Sequence record: MF668275.1 | Length of the DNA stretch: 32,000 nt | Source of the DNA: Brevibacterium phage LuckyBarnes | Direction: 5' to 3' (one strand) | In this document: piece by piece, positions 25,512-32,000 of the stretch | Numbering within the stretch: the first letter of the stretch is position 1 | Layout: every line of letters starts with the position of its first letter | The notes under the pieces: generated by a model | Databases searched by the model: none | What the model saw: only the letters and a program-made list of their open reading frames with translations | What the model was told of the DNA's origin: nothing | Made by a program: the position numbers and the translations under genes

Positions 25512-25874
25512 TCAGTCGAGCTGGCCAGCCTTGGCACGCCGGGTGATCTCCTGCTGGAGCAGACCCTCCAGGAGCTGGGGGTACTTGACCTCGTGACGGA
25601 ACCCGGCGATCGTGGTGAGCTCATCGAGCAGATCAGCAAAGCTGGGCGACTCTTGCATGAACTCGTTGAAGTCCTGCTGCGCGGTGGCGTGAGCCTCGAT
25701 GAGCTCGGCGGGGAGGGTGATCTCCGACTTGCGGAAGTAGTGCTCCCGACCGTCATCGAGGCGAACGGTGTGGGTGTCGCCGTCGATGTCGATGACTGTG
25801 CCCGACTCGCCCTTGAGCGAGATGAGGGGGTAGTTGCTGACGACCTGGACGCGGGAGAACATCTTGATTTCCAT
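25512..25874 (-). CDS. Hypothetical protein
   Basis: Internal start MEIKMFSRVQVVSNYPLISLKGESGTV... after AAGGAACCGAATC and promoter P3. Confidence 0.75.
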   Translation of the reverse strand: MEIKMFSRVQVVSNYPLISLKGESGTVIDIDGDTHTVRLDDGREHYFRKSEITLPAELIEAHATAQQDFNEFMQESPSFADLLDELTTIAGFRHEVKYPQLLEGLLQQEITRRAKAGQLD

Positions 25875-25913
25875 GATTCGGTTCCTTACTGGAGTGGTTG
25901 AGCTGATGTAATA

Positions 25914-25942
25914 ACTATAACTCACTCCAGATAGTAATGCAA
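25914..25942 (-). promoter_or_regulatory. Candidate early promoter P3
   Basis: Minus strand TTGCAT-17 nt-TATAGTTATTACATCA. Confidence 0.72.
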
Positions 25943-26215
25943 CTATTTCGGCCGAACATTTTTGACAGGTCCGTCGTACCCCGTCGGATCGAGGGCCACC
26001 ACGGTTCCCATCATCCACTGCTGGTTCTGTGGACTCGGGGGTATGCGGACCTGGTCGCCCACGGCCACGGCGAACTTGCAGCCGTAGGTCAGGCGGGGGT
26101 TCGGGTCCCTGCCGAAGTTGCGTAGGTGGCGCATATTGGCCAGCACTTCAATCCGGCCCGTGGTGGGCACTCGCTTGTCTGGCAGCTCGCCCAGGATGTC
26201 CTCCTCAACGGACAT
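25943..26215 (-). CDS. Hypothetical protein
   Basis: 90 aa ORF with GGAGGAAAT-type ribosome site. Confidence 0.65.
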   Translation of the reverse strand: MSVEEDILGELPDKRVPTTGRIEVLANMRHLRNFGRDPNPRLTYGCKFAVAVGDQVRIPPSPQNQQWMMGTVVALDPTGYDGPVKNVRPK

Positions 26216-26447
26216 ATTTCCTCCTCTGTTCTGTTGTCAGGTGGCTGGCCCATGGCCTGCCGTACTGGATCATTGGGCGGCGGTATTGCCACGGGTAGGC
26301 GAACAGCTGCTGCAGGTGCTGAGGCGTAACCACCTCACCGGTGACTGACCACAGGGGCACCCAGCTTCCATGCACCAGCCGGTCGACGTAGGTGGTGCCG
26401 TCCTGGCGGCGCACGCGCAGCCCCAGCCCCAGGTCGTACACTTCCAT
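26205..26447 (-). CDS. Hypothetical protein
   Basis: Start MEVYDLGLGLRVRRQDGTTYVDRLVHGSWVPLW inside the 26205..26543 frame. Confidence 0.65.
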   Translation of the reverse strand: MEVYDLGLGLRVRRQDGTTYVDRLVHGSWVPLWSVTGEVVTPQHLQQLFAYPWQYRRPMIQYGRPWASHLTTEQRRKYVR

Positions 26448-26449
26448 GC

Positions 26450-27088
26450 TCACAGCAGACTCCCTAAGCCGAGGCCAGCGCAGAAGATCACAGTGGCCGA
26501 ACTGATGACGGTGCCCAGCGCGAACGCCTTGTGCTGCAGCCACCAGGGGAGCTTGACGGGGGTGGCGTCTCGGTTAGGGGACTTCCACGGCTGCAGGGGC
26601 AGGCCGTCATCCTTGAGTTCAACCTGCAGCCCACTGTCACTCCCGACGACCACGCTCTTGTCGGTGGCTCCGGACATGCGCATATGCAGCAGCACTGACT
26701 CCAGCTCCTCCAGAGTCCAGTTCGAGTAGTACGAGCGGGGGTCTGACTGGGCGGGGGCGAACCGCAGCTCCAGTCCCTTGCCGTTGTACCGGGCAGCGCG
26801 GCGCGGCCTACGGGCCTCCTCCAGATCCTCCTCGGTCTCCCTCAGGTCATTTTGGAGTCGCTTCAGCTCCTGGCCCTTGCGATCAACGGCACGCTGCAGC
26901 TCCTCCTGAGTGACTCCCGACTTGGCGACGACCTTGGCCATGCGCTGCAGCTGGTCACGCGCTTCCTGATCCCTACGAGCCATCTCGCGCTCAGCCTGCA
27001 GCCGCAGCTTCTGGGCCGTCTTGCCCTGCAGCGCACGGGGGTCGATGTCCTTGATCCAGTTTTGCATCAGCGGTCCGGCGCTACTCAT
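26450..27088 (-). CDS. Coiled-coil protein with C-terminal TM segment
   Basis: 212 aa ORF; charged helical region and ALGTVISSATVIFCAGLGLGSLL C-terminus. Confidence 0.75.
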   Translation of the reverse strand: MSSAGPLMQNWIKDIDPRALQGKTAQKLRLQAEREMARRDQEARDQLQRMAKVVAKSGVTQEELQRAVDRKGQELKRLQNDLRETEEDLEEARRPRRAARYNGKGLELRFAPAQSDPRSYYSNWTLEELESVLLHMRMSGATDKSVVVGSDSGLQVELKDDGLPLQPWKSPNRDATPVKLPWWLQHKAFALGTVISSATVIFCAGLGLGSLL

Positions 27089-27392
27089 GGCTTGGCTTCC
27101 GGTGGTCGGGGTTCACACACCGCTCGTTTCCGCAGGTCTTGCGCAAGCTGTAGAGGGGTGGAACGACCCCGTGCTGCAGGTAGTACAGCACCCTCCAGTG
27201 ATACATGAAGTACACCTGGCCGTCGACCTTCCACTGCACCTGAGGTCCTCCCGGAGTGCGCACCCGGTAGGTGGTGTCCCAGCAGCCGTTCGGCTGGTAG
27301 TCAATGCGGTTCAGTACTCGCTCAACCGCCTCATCGGGGATGTTGTGCAGCCCGTACTCGGTGTCCTTCACAGATGCCTTGATGACCCTCAT
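27081..27392 (-). CDS. HNH_3-like zinc-binding protein
   Basis: YHWRVLYYLQHGVVPPLYSLRKTCGNERCVNPDH resembles the HNH_3 core. Confidence 0.65.
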   Translation of the reverse strand: MRVIKASVKDTEYGLHNIPDEAVERVLNRIDYQPNGCWDTTYRVRTPGGPQVQWKVDGQVYFMYHWRVLYYLQHGVVPPLYSLRKTCGNERCVNPDHRKPSHE

Positions 27393-27700
27393 GACTGCAC
27401 CTCGAATCCCAGGGCTGCAGCAATGCTGGGCACATGGGCCAGCGGTGTGAGCGGGAGAATGGCCTCGTCGTTGAGGAGGATGGCGAGGGGGTGGGGCCGG
27501 TCGTCATCGTTTGCGGTGGCGGAGGACCCATACACGGCGAACCGGGCGTGGGCGGTGCTGAGCAGGAAGACGCAGAAGTGCTGCGCCGTCTGGAAGTTCT
27601 GGCCGTCGGCGTAGTAGCACTGGACCTCGGTGGTGTCCAGACTCTCGACGGGGCATTCGCTGTCAAGGATGCCCTCGACAATGCGCTGCAAGCGGTTCAT
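27389..27700 (-). CDS. Hypothetical protein
   Basis: 103 aa ORF preceded by AAAGGAACCGAAATG. Confidence 0.72.
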   Translation of the reverse strand: MNRLQRIVEGILDSECPVESLDTTEVQCYYADGQNFQTAQHFCVFLLSTAHARFAVYGSSATANDDDRPHPLAILLNDEAILPLTPLAHVPSIAAALGFEVQS

Positions 27701-27723
27701 TTCGGTTCCTTTCTGGGGGTGGT

Positions 27724-27748
27724 GCCCCGGCCCGTGGTGGGCCGGGGC
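27724..27748 (-). repeat. GC hairpin copy 2
   Basis: GCCCCGGCCC-GTGGT-GGGCCGGGGC between 27700 and 27764. Confidence 0.75.
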
Positions 27749-27763
27749 GATGAGTGGTGCAGG

Positions 27764-28201
27764 TCAGGCAGGCATCTCGGTGACGGTGGTTTTCTTCCAT
27801 CCGGTGCAGGGGAACGCGGTGACGTTCCAGCAGGCGTCATTGCCGCCCTCGGCGTAGAAGTCCGAATTGTAATCGGAGAAGAAGTCCTCCGGCGAACGCC
27901 ATTCCTCAACCGAGCTGATCTCGGTGAAGGGGTTCTTGCGGTACTTGGCCAGGTCCCGGCAGTTGGGGGAGTGCAGCTCAGCGCCATCTTCGTTGTTGAC
28001 CCAGACGATTTTCTTCTCGGGAGCCAGCTCCACCAGCTTGATGACCTCAAGAGCGGGGGTGATGGATTCCTGGTGGCGAGCAGCCTCGGCGGTGTGCCAG
28101 TCGAGCTGAGCCTGGAGCTCGGCGATCTGTGCCTTGAGCTCGGTGGCGGCGGTGGTGTGGAGGGAGATCTGGGCTTCGATGATGGAGTTGAGCTGGTTCA
28201 T
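27764..28201 (-). CDS. Hypothetical protein
   Basis: 145 aa ORF MNQLNSIIEAQISLHTTAATELK... downstream of P4 and AGGAACCGAAATG. Confidence 0.75.
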   Translation of the reverse strand: MNQLNSIIEAQISLHTTAATELKAQIAELQAQLDWHTAEAARHQESITPALEVIKLVELAPEKKIVWVNNEDGAELHSPNCRDLAKYRKNPFTEISSVEEWRSPEDFFSDYNSDFYAEGGNDACWNVTAFPCTGWKKTTVTEMPA

Positions 28202-28297
28202 TTCGGTTCCTTTGTTTGGTGAAGCGGGTTGATGTAATTAACTATAACTCACTTCAGACAGCTGCGCAACAATTAAATCAAAAGAATTTTTGAGGCC
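28195..28297. repeat. 103-bp direct repeat, copy A
   Basis: Identical to 28593-28695 by reading; holds the P4 promoter, leader and start codon. Confidence 0.93.
28241..28269 (-). promoter_or_regulatory. Candidate early promoter P4
   Basis: Minus strand TTGCGC-17 nt-TATAGTTAATTACATCA with AT-rich upstream sequence. Confidence 0.74.
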
Positions 28298-28300
28298 GCT

Positions 28301-28325
28301 GCCCCGGCCCGTGGTGGGCCGGGGC
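28301..28325 (-). repeat. GC hairpin copy 3
   Basis: GCCCCGGCCC-GTGGT-GGGCCGGGGC between 28201 and 28336. Confidence 0.75.
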
Positions 28326-28335
28326 GATAGGTGGG

Positions 28336-28599
28336 TCAGGCGGCGAGGAGTTCCTGGAACTTCTCAGTGGCGCGGGTTTCGTTGTACGCGGTGAGGATGG
28401 CTCTCCGGTCCCGGAGGGTCTCGAGGGCGCGGCGGATGTAGCGAGCCTCGTCGACTTTGACAGGCCAAGCGCGGATGGTGTCGAGCGCACCGTTCAGGCG
28501 GTCGGTTTCGGTGGCGCGTTCCTCGGGGTCAGCGGGGTAGAACTTGAGGTGGGCCATGTAGAGGGCTTCGACGTATGCGCTGAGCAGCTGGCGGTTCAT
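28336..28599 (-). CDS. Hypothetical protein
   Basis: 87 aa ORF MNRQLLSAYVEALYMAHLKFYPADPEER... downstream of P5. Confidence 0.75.
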   Translation of the reverse strand: MNRQLLSAYVEALYMAHLKFYPADPEERATETDRLNGALDTIRAWPVKVDEARYIRRALETLRDRRAILTAYNETRATEKFQELLAA

Positions 28600-28695
28600 T
28601 TCGGTTCCTTTGTTTGGTGAAGCGGGTTGATGTAATTAACTATAACTCACTTCAGACAGCTGCGCAACAATTAAATCAAAAGAATTTTTGAGGCC
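28593..28695. repeat. 103-bp direct repeat, copy B
   Basis: Identical to 28195-28297; holds the P5 promoter, leader and start codon. Confidence 0.93.
28639..28667 (-). promoter_or_regulatory. Candidate early promoter P5
   Basis: Minus strand TTGCGC-17 nt-TATAGTTAATTACATCA. Confidence 0.74.
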
Positions 28696-28727
28696 ACCAC
28701 CCATCAGGGCAGTGGCCTCAGCAGCTG

Positions 28728-31142
28728 TCAGGCGAAACGGACCCCAGCCCAGACCCTCACCTGGCCTGCAGGCATTGGCTCCATGGGGTCACGGCGGCTC
28801 AGTGTCCGCTTGGAGTTCTTGGCTGCAGGCGACATCCTGTCCTCCACGACTCCCATCGACTTCACCCCCTCGTGCTGGCGGAACCTGCTGGCGAACGTGC
28901 GCTCGTTCCACAACGGGTGCCCCTCGCGCAGCTGCCACTCAGCGAAGTCGTCATACAGATCACGAACCTGGATGGCTGCAGCTGGGTCCTTGGCCAACTC
29001 GGAATGGAGGTAGTCCTGCAGGGGGTCACTCGTGGCACGCCAGACCCTCATGTTCTCCGCCACGCTGGGTGGGAAGCTGGGCAGGATACGGTCGTTCGCG
29101 TACCATTCCACCGCACCAGCCACCAGCCACGCCAGAACCGCCTCGTGCTGCCCCGTGGGCGACTCCTCCATGCGGTAGCGCAGATGGGGGTCACCCTCAC
29201 GTGCATTCTCTCCCTCAGCGCCGGGGCGGTAGGTGTAGGGGAAGTCCACCAGTGCCAGTCGCCGCCAGGTGCCCTCGTCCGTCTCAGTGACGGTGGGGTG
29301 GTAGTTCGTGGTCATGAACAGAGAGTGCGTCGCGGCGAACGTCTCCTCGTCCTGGCGCATCCGCCTTGCCGTGATGAACTGCGCACCCAGCACATCCTTC
29401 AGCCGCTTGACGTTCAGGGGCACACCCTCAGGTGTCTCCTCAAGCAACGCGAACCGAGCTCCCTGCAGCGACATCAGCTCGGTGGGGTGGTCGCCCTGCG
29501 AATTGAACACCGCACGCTCTGAGAGGATCCTAGCGTATCCACCCAGCGCAGTCATGACTGCACCGGTGAACGTGGTCTTGCCGTTCGCCCCGCCGCCCTG
29601 CAGGATGGGGACAACATCGTCCGGCACGCGCCAGCCCGTCGCGGCCTGACCGCAACGCAGCTTCATCCACTGGAGCACGTCTGGCCGGATGGCACTGAGC
29701 ACCTGATCCCAGTCGTTGTGACGTGCTCCGGGGACGTAGGGCGTCTCCGTGATGGTGGTCAGGTAGTCCTCGCGGCGGTGCGCCTGCAGCTGCCCTGTGC
29801 GCAAGTCGACGGTGCCGTTCGCGCAATTGAGCAGATCGTGGTGCGAGTCCAGCTCCTCTGGCCTGATCATCAGCACCGCCTTGAGGTTCTCGATCACACG
29901 CTTCATCTTGGGCACATCCAGGAACGATTTCAGCTTGGTCAGCTGGCCGTTGTTCTTGCCCATGGTCATCCACTCTTCGACCAGAGTACGCACCGCCTCC
30001 GAGATGGGTTCCCACAGCTCGATGGAATCACTCTCCGCCCAGACACGCCCATCCCAGCGCAGCCACCCGCGGTTGACCACGTATCGGAACTTCTCGCGCA
30101 GCCCACGGTCGGCCAGGTTCCGGGTGATGTCATCATCCAGGTGGCTGTCGGTGTCGTACCCCAGCGTCTTGATCGGGGAGGTCGGGCCGAAGTCGTGCTG
30201 CAGCTGGTCGTTTCGCACGGCGGTGTCGGCCTCGGCCAGCTCCATCATCTTGCGGGTGGAGGGCAGGTCGTTGATCGCGGTGTCCGGCTTCGCGGTGGTG
30301 TCAGCGCCGCCGAACACATGGATGCGAACGAGGTCGAACGCAGACTGCGCGTGGCCTGCAGCTGGGTCGGTGGCGTGATCCGACCACCACAGACCATCGT
30401 TGATCTGGTCCATGCCGGGTGCGGACTCGGTCCCCTTGAACCTCCACCGTCCACCGGCTGGCTCGTACGGCAGGTCGAACTCCTCGATCAGCTGGTCCAG
30501 GGTGGTGTAGACACGGTTGAACGCACCCACAACACCCGGCAGGTCGAACGGACTGCGCTTGGAGTGGGGCAGCAGGTTCCTGCTGAGGATGTCCTCCACC
30601 GAAGCTGCTGGTGGTTCCATGACTGGCCCGTCGCACACCCAGAAGTCGAAGTGCTCGCCTGCAGGCTTGAACATGTACCGCTCGGGCTGGCTGCTGCCAG
30701 CGTCGAACGAGTCAACCCCCACTGTGTCCATCACCTGGGTCGCGGCGGACTCGTACTCGAACGGGCTGAGGGGTCGGCTGAGTGGGATGATCACGCGGTA
30801 TCGCGGTGACTCCGGCGTGCTGCTGTAGGTGGTGTGGACAAGTGCCTTGACCTTGAGGTCCTTCACCCGCTGCACAAAGTCCTCCGCGGGGAAGTCGGCA
30901 TCCAGCATGAGGGCATCACGCGTGACTATGGCCTCCTTGCAGCGGTGCAGGTCGGTGCAGGTTTGGCCGGGGGCGTGTCGGTGCTCTTGCTCGGTCTCGC
31001 GCAGCGTCCCCAGGATGTAGTTCCCCGCCTCCTTCTTGTCTCCGGGGTCGATCATCCACGTGATGATCTCATCCCACGTGATCGTGGACTGCTTCCAGTG
31101 TGGACTGTTGCGCCGTGGCGCGGTAGCGATGTTCAGTTCCAT
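28728..31142 (-). CDS. Phage primase (AEP-like N-terminus) / SF3 D5-like helicase
   Basis: ALMLDADF..., VHTTYSSTPESPRYRVIIPLSRPL; FLDVPKMKRVIENLKAV; GGGANGKTTFTGAVMTAL (Walker A); FALLEETPEG. Confidence 0.88.
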   Translation of the reverse strand: MELNIATAPRRNSPHWKQSTITWDEIITWMIDPGDKKEAGNYILGTLRETEQEHRHAPGQTCTDLHRCKEAIVTRDALMLDADFPAEDFVQRVKDLKVKALVHTTYSSTPESPRYRVIIPLSRPLSPFEYESAATQVMDTVGVDSFDAGSSQPERYMFKPAGEHFDFWVCDGPVMEPPAASVEDILSRNLLPHSKRSPFDLPGVVGAFNRVYTTLDQLIEEFDLPYEPAGGRWRFKGTESAPGMDQINDGLWWSDHATDPAAGHAQSAFDLVRIHVFGGADTTAKPDTAINDLPSTRKMMELAEADTAVRNDQLQHDFGPTSPIKTLGYDTDSHLDDDITRNLADRGLREKFRYVVNRGWLRWDGRVWAESDSIELWEPISEAVRTLVEEWMTMGKNNGQLTKLKSFLDVPKMKRVIENLKAVLMIRPEELDSHHDLLNCANGTVDLRTGQLQAHRREDYLTTITETPYVPGARHNDWDQVLSAIRPDVLQWMKLRCGQAATGWRVPDDVVPILQGGGANGKTTFTGAVMTALGGYARILSERAVFNSQGDHPTELMSLQGARFALLEETPEGVPLNVKRLKDVLGAQFITARRMRQDEETFAATHSLFMTTNYHPTVTETDEGTWRRLALVDFPYTYRPGAEGENAREGDPHLRYRMEESPTGQHEAVLAWLVAGAVEWYANDRILPSFPPSVAENMRVWRATSDPLQDYLHSELAKDPAAAIQVRDLYDDFAEWQLREGHPLWNERTFASRFRQHEGVKSMGVVEDRMSPAAKNSKRTLSRRDPMEPMPAGQVRVWAGVRFA

Positions 31143-31145
31143 GTG

Positions 31146-32000
31146 TCAGAGAATCCCTTCTGGGTCCAGGTGCTGCAGCAGTGCCATCTGGACGGAGTCC
31201 TTGTTCCTGAGGGCACGGAGCACAGCGGTGTCAACGGTGTTTGCGGTCTGGATGTGGTGGATCACCACGGGGTGCTTCTGGCCTGACCGGGCCAGTCGTT
31301 TGTTCATCTGCTGGTATTCCTCCAGGCTGAACGTCAGGCCGTACCAGACGAGGGTGTGGCCTCCGTCCTGCAGGTTCAGCCCATGGCCGATGCTGGCAGG
31401 GTGGCCTACCAGTACCGGGATGCGACCGGCGTTCCAGTCCTCAACGTCCCGGGCTGTGCGCAGCGTCCGCGCTCCCTTGAAGCTGTTGAGGATCTGATCC
31501 TGCTCAGCTCGGTAAGCATACCCCACCATCACCGGTGATCCTTGCGCCTCCTCCACGATGTCCTGCAGCACCTTGAGCTTCTCGGTGTGGAGGGTGGTGT
31601 AGACCAGGTCGTCGTCGGGGCGCTCGTCTGCATCGGGATACAGAAAGCCGCTGGCCACCTGGCGCAGCCGCTGACTGAGCGCCGCCGCGTTACCAGCGGT
31701 GAACGTGCCCTGGCCGAGCGCGGTGGTCACTAGGTCATCCTTCAGCTCCTTGTAGATCTGGCGTGCCTTGGCTGGCAGGTCTACCTGGATGGTGTTCGGT
31801 GTCACGGGAGGCAAGGCCACCCGGCCCTCTGTCCCCATGGACAGCGCACGGGGGCGGATGCGCTCATGGATACGCTTGTCCGCACCGGGGCGCAGATTCC
31901 AGCTGGTGATGACTCCGGAGGGCAAGCGGCCACCCTCGGTGAAGTACCGGCTGCGGTAGCTGCCCAGCGTGCGCTCCAGGCACTCGCCGCGGTCGATGAG
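31146..32000 (-). CDS. SNF2-family DEAD-box-like helicase, C-terminal part (N-terminus beyond window)
   Basis: Frame open to the window edge (LIDRGECLERTLGSYRSRYFTEGGRLPSG...); EKLKVLQDIVEEAQGSPVMVGY, SIGHGLNLQDGG, EYQQMNKRLARSGQKHPVVIHHI. Confidence 0.85.
   Translation of the reverse strand, partial: LIDRGECLERTLGSYRSRYFTEGGRLPSGVITSWNLRPGADKRIHERIRPRALSMGTEGRVALPPVTPNTIQVDLPAKARQIYKELKDDLVTTALGQGTFTAGNAAALSQRLRQVASGFLYPDADERPDDDLVYTTLHTEKLKVLQDIVEEAQGSPVMVGYAYRAEQDQILNSFKGARTLRTARDVEDWNAGRIPVLVGHPASIGHGLNLQDGGHTLVWYGLTFSLEEYQQMNKRLARSGQKHPVVIHHIQTANTVDTAVLRALRNKDSVQMALLQHLDPEGIL

Noticed and set aside
27434-28222. 262-aa + strand ORF opposite two early genes
   Set aside because: Low-complexity Val/Gly/Leu-rich antisense translation; the - strand has two ORFs with promoters and consensus start contexts.
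28195-28695. 103-bp repeats considered as ends of an insertion sequence or transposon
   Set aside because: They are direct repeats with no transposase or terminal inverted repeats, and are explained by duplicated promoter/leader modules.
29718-30809. 363-aa + strand ORF inside the primase/helicase gene
   Set aside because: Antisense of a gene with a clear Walker A and primase motifs; a by-product of GC-biased codon use.
1-32000. tRNA genes, CRISPR arrays, integrase or toxin-antitoxin pairs
   Set aside because: None could be supported by reading; no array-like repeats, cloverleaf-like sequence or recognisable integrase motif was seen. A tRNAscan run would be needed to exclude tRNAs formally.

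Overview
This 32 kb window looks like part of a tailed bacteriophage genome with a high-GC, actinobacterial-type host (host is inference). Positions 1-12.6 kb, + strand: end of the tail tape-measure gene, distal/minor tail proteins, a large tail fibre-like protein, a carbohydrate-binding-like protein, small membrane proteins, an amidase endolysin and a holin candidate. A strong 15-bp-stem terminator at 12654-12691 separates this arm from a convergent, - strand early arm (12.7-32 kb). The early arm holds a DUF932-like gene, a family-A DNA polymerase, a DUF2815-type ssDNA-binding protein, a DUF2800/Cas4-like nuclease, an HNH-like protein, a primase/SF3 helicase, the C-terminal part of an SNF2 helicase, and many small ORFs. 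The most interesting locus is 14.9-18.9 kb, a translationally coupled candidate DNA hypermodification cassette: a long thymidylate-synthase/nucleotide hydroxymethylase homologue with a C-terminal extension, two diverged tandem glycosyltransferase-like paralogues, and an aGPT-PPlase/5-hmdU-kinase-helical-domain-like protein without a P-loop. The early arm also carries five near-identical candidate promoters (TTGNNN-N17/18-TATAGTTATTACATCA or close variants), a conserved AGGAACCGAA-ATG start context, repeated GC-rich intergenic hairpins, a terminator-like hairpin whose loop is antisense to that start context, and a perfect 103-bp direct repeat. All family assignments are from motif reading only; no searches were run.
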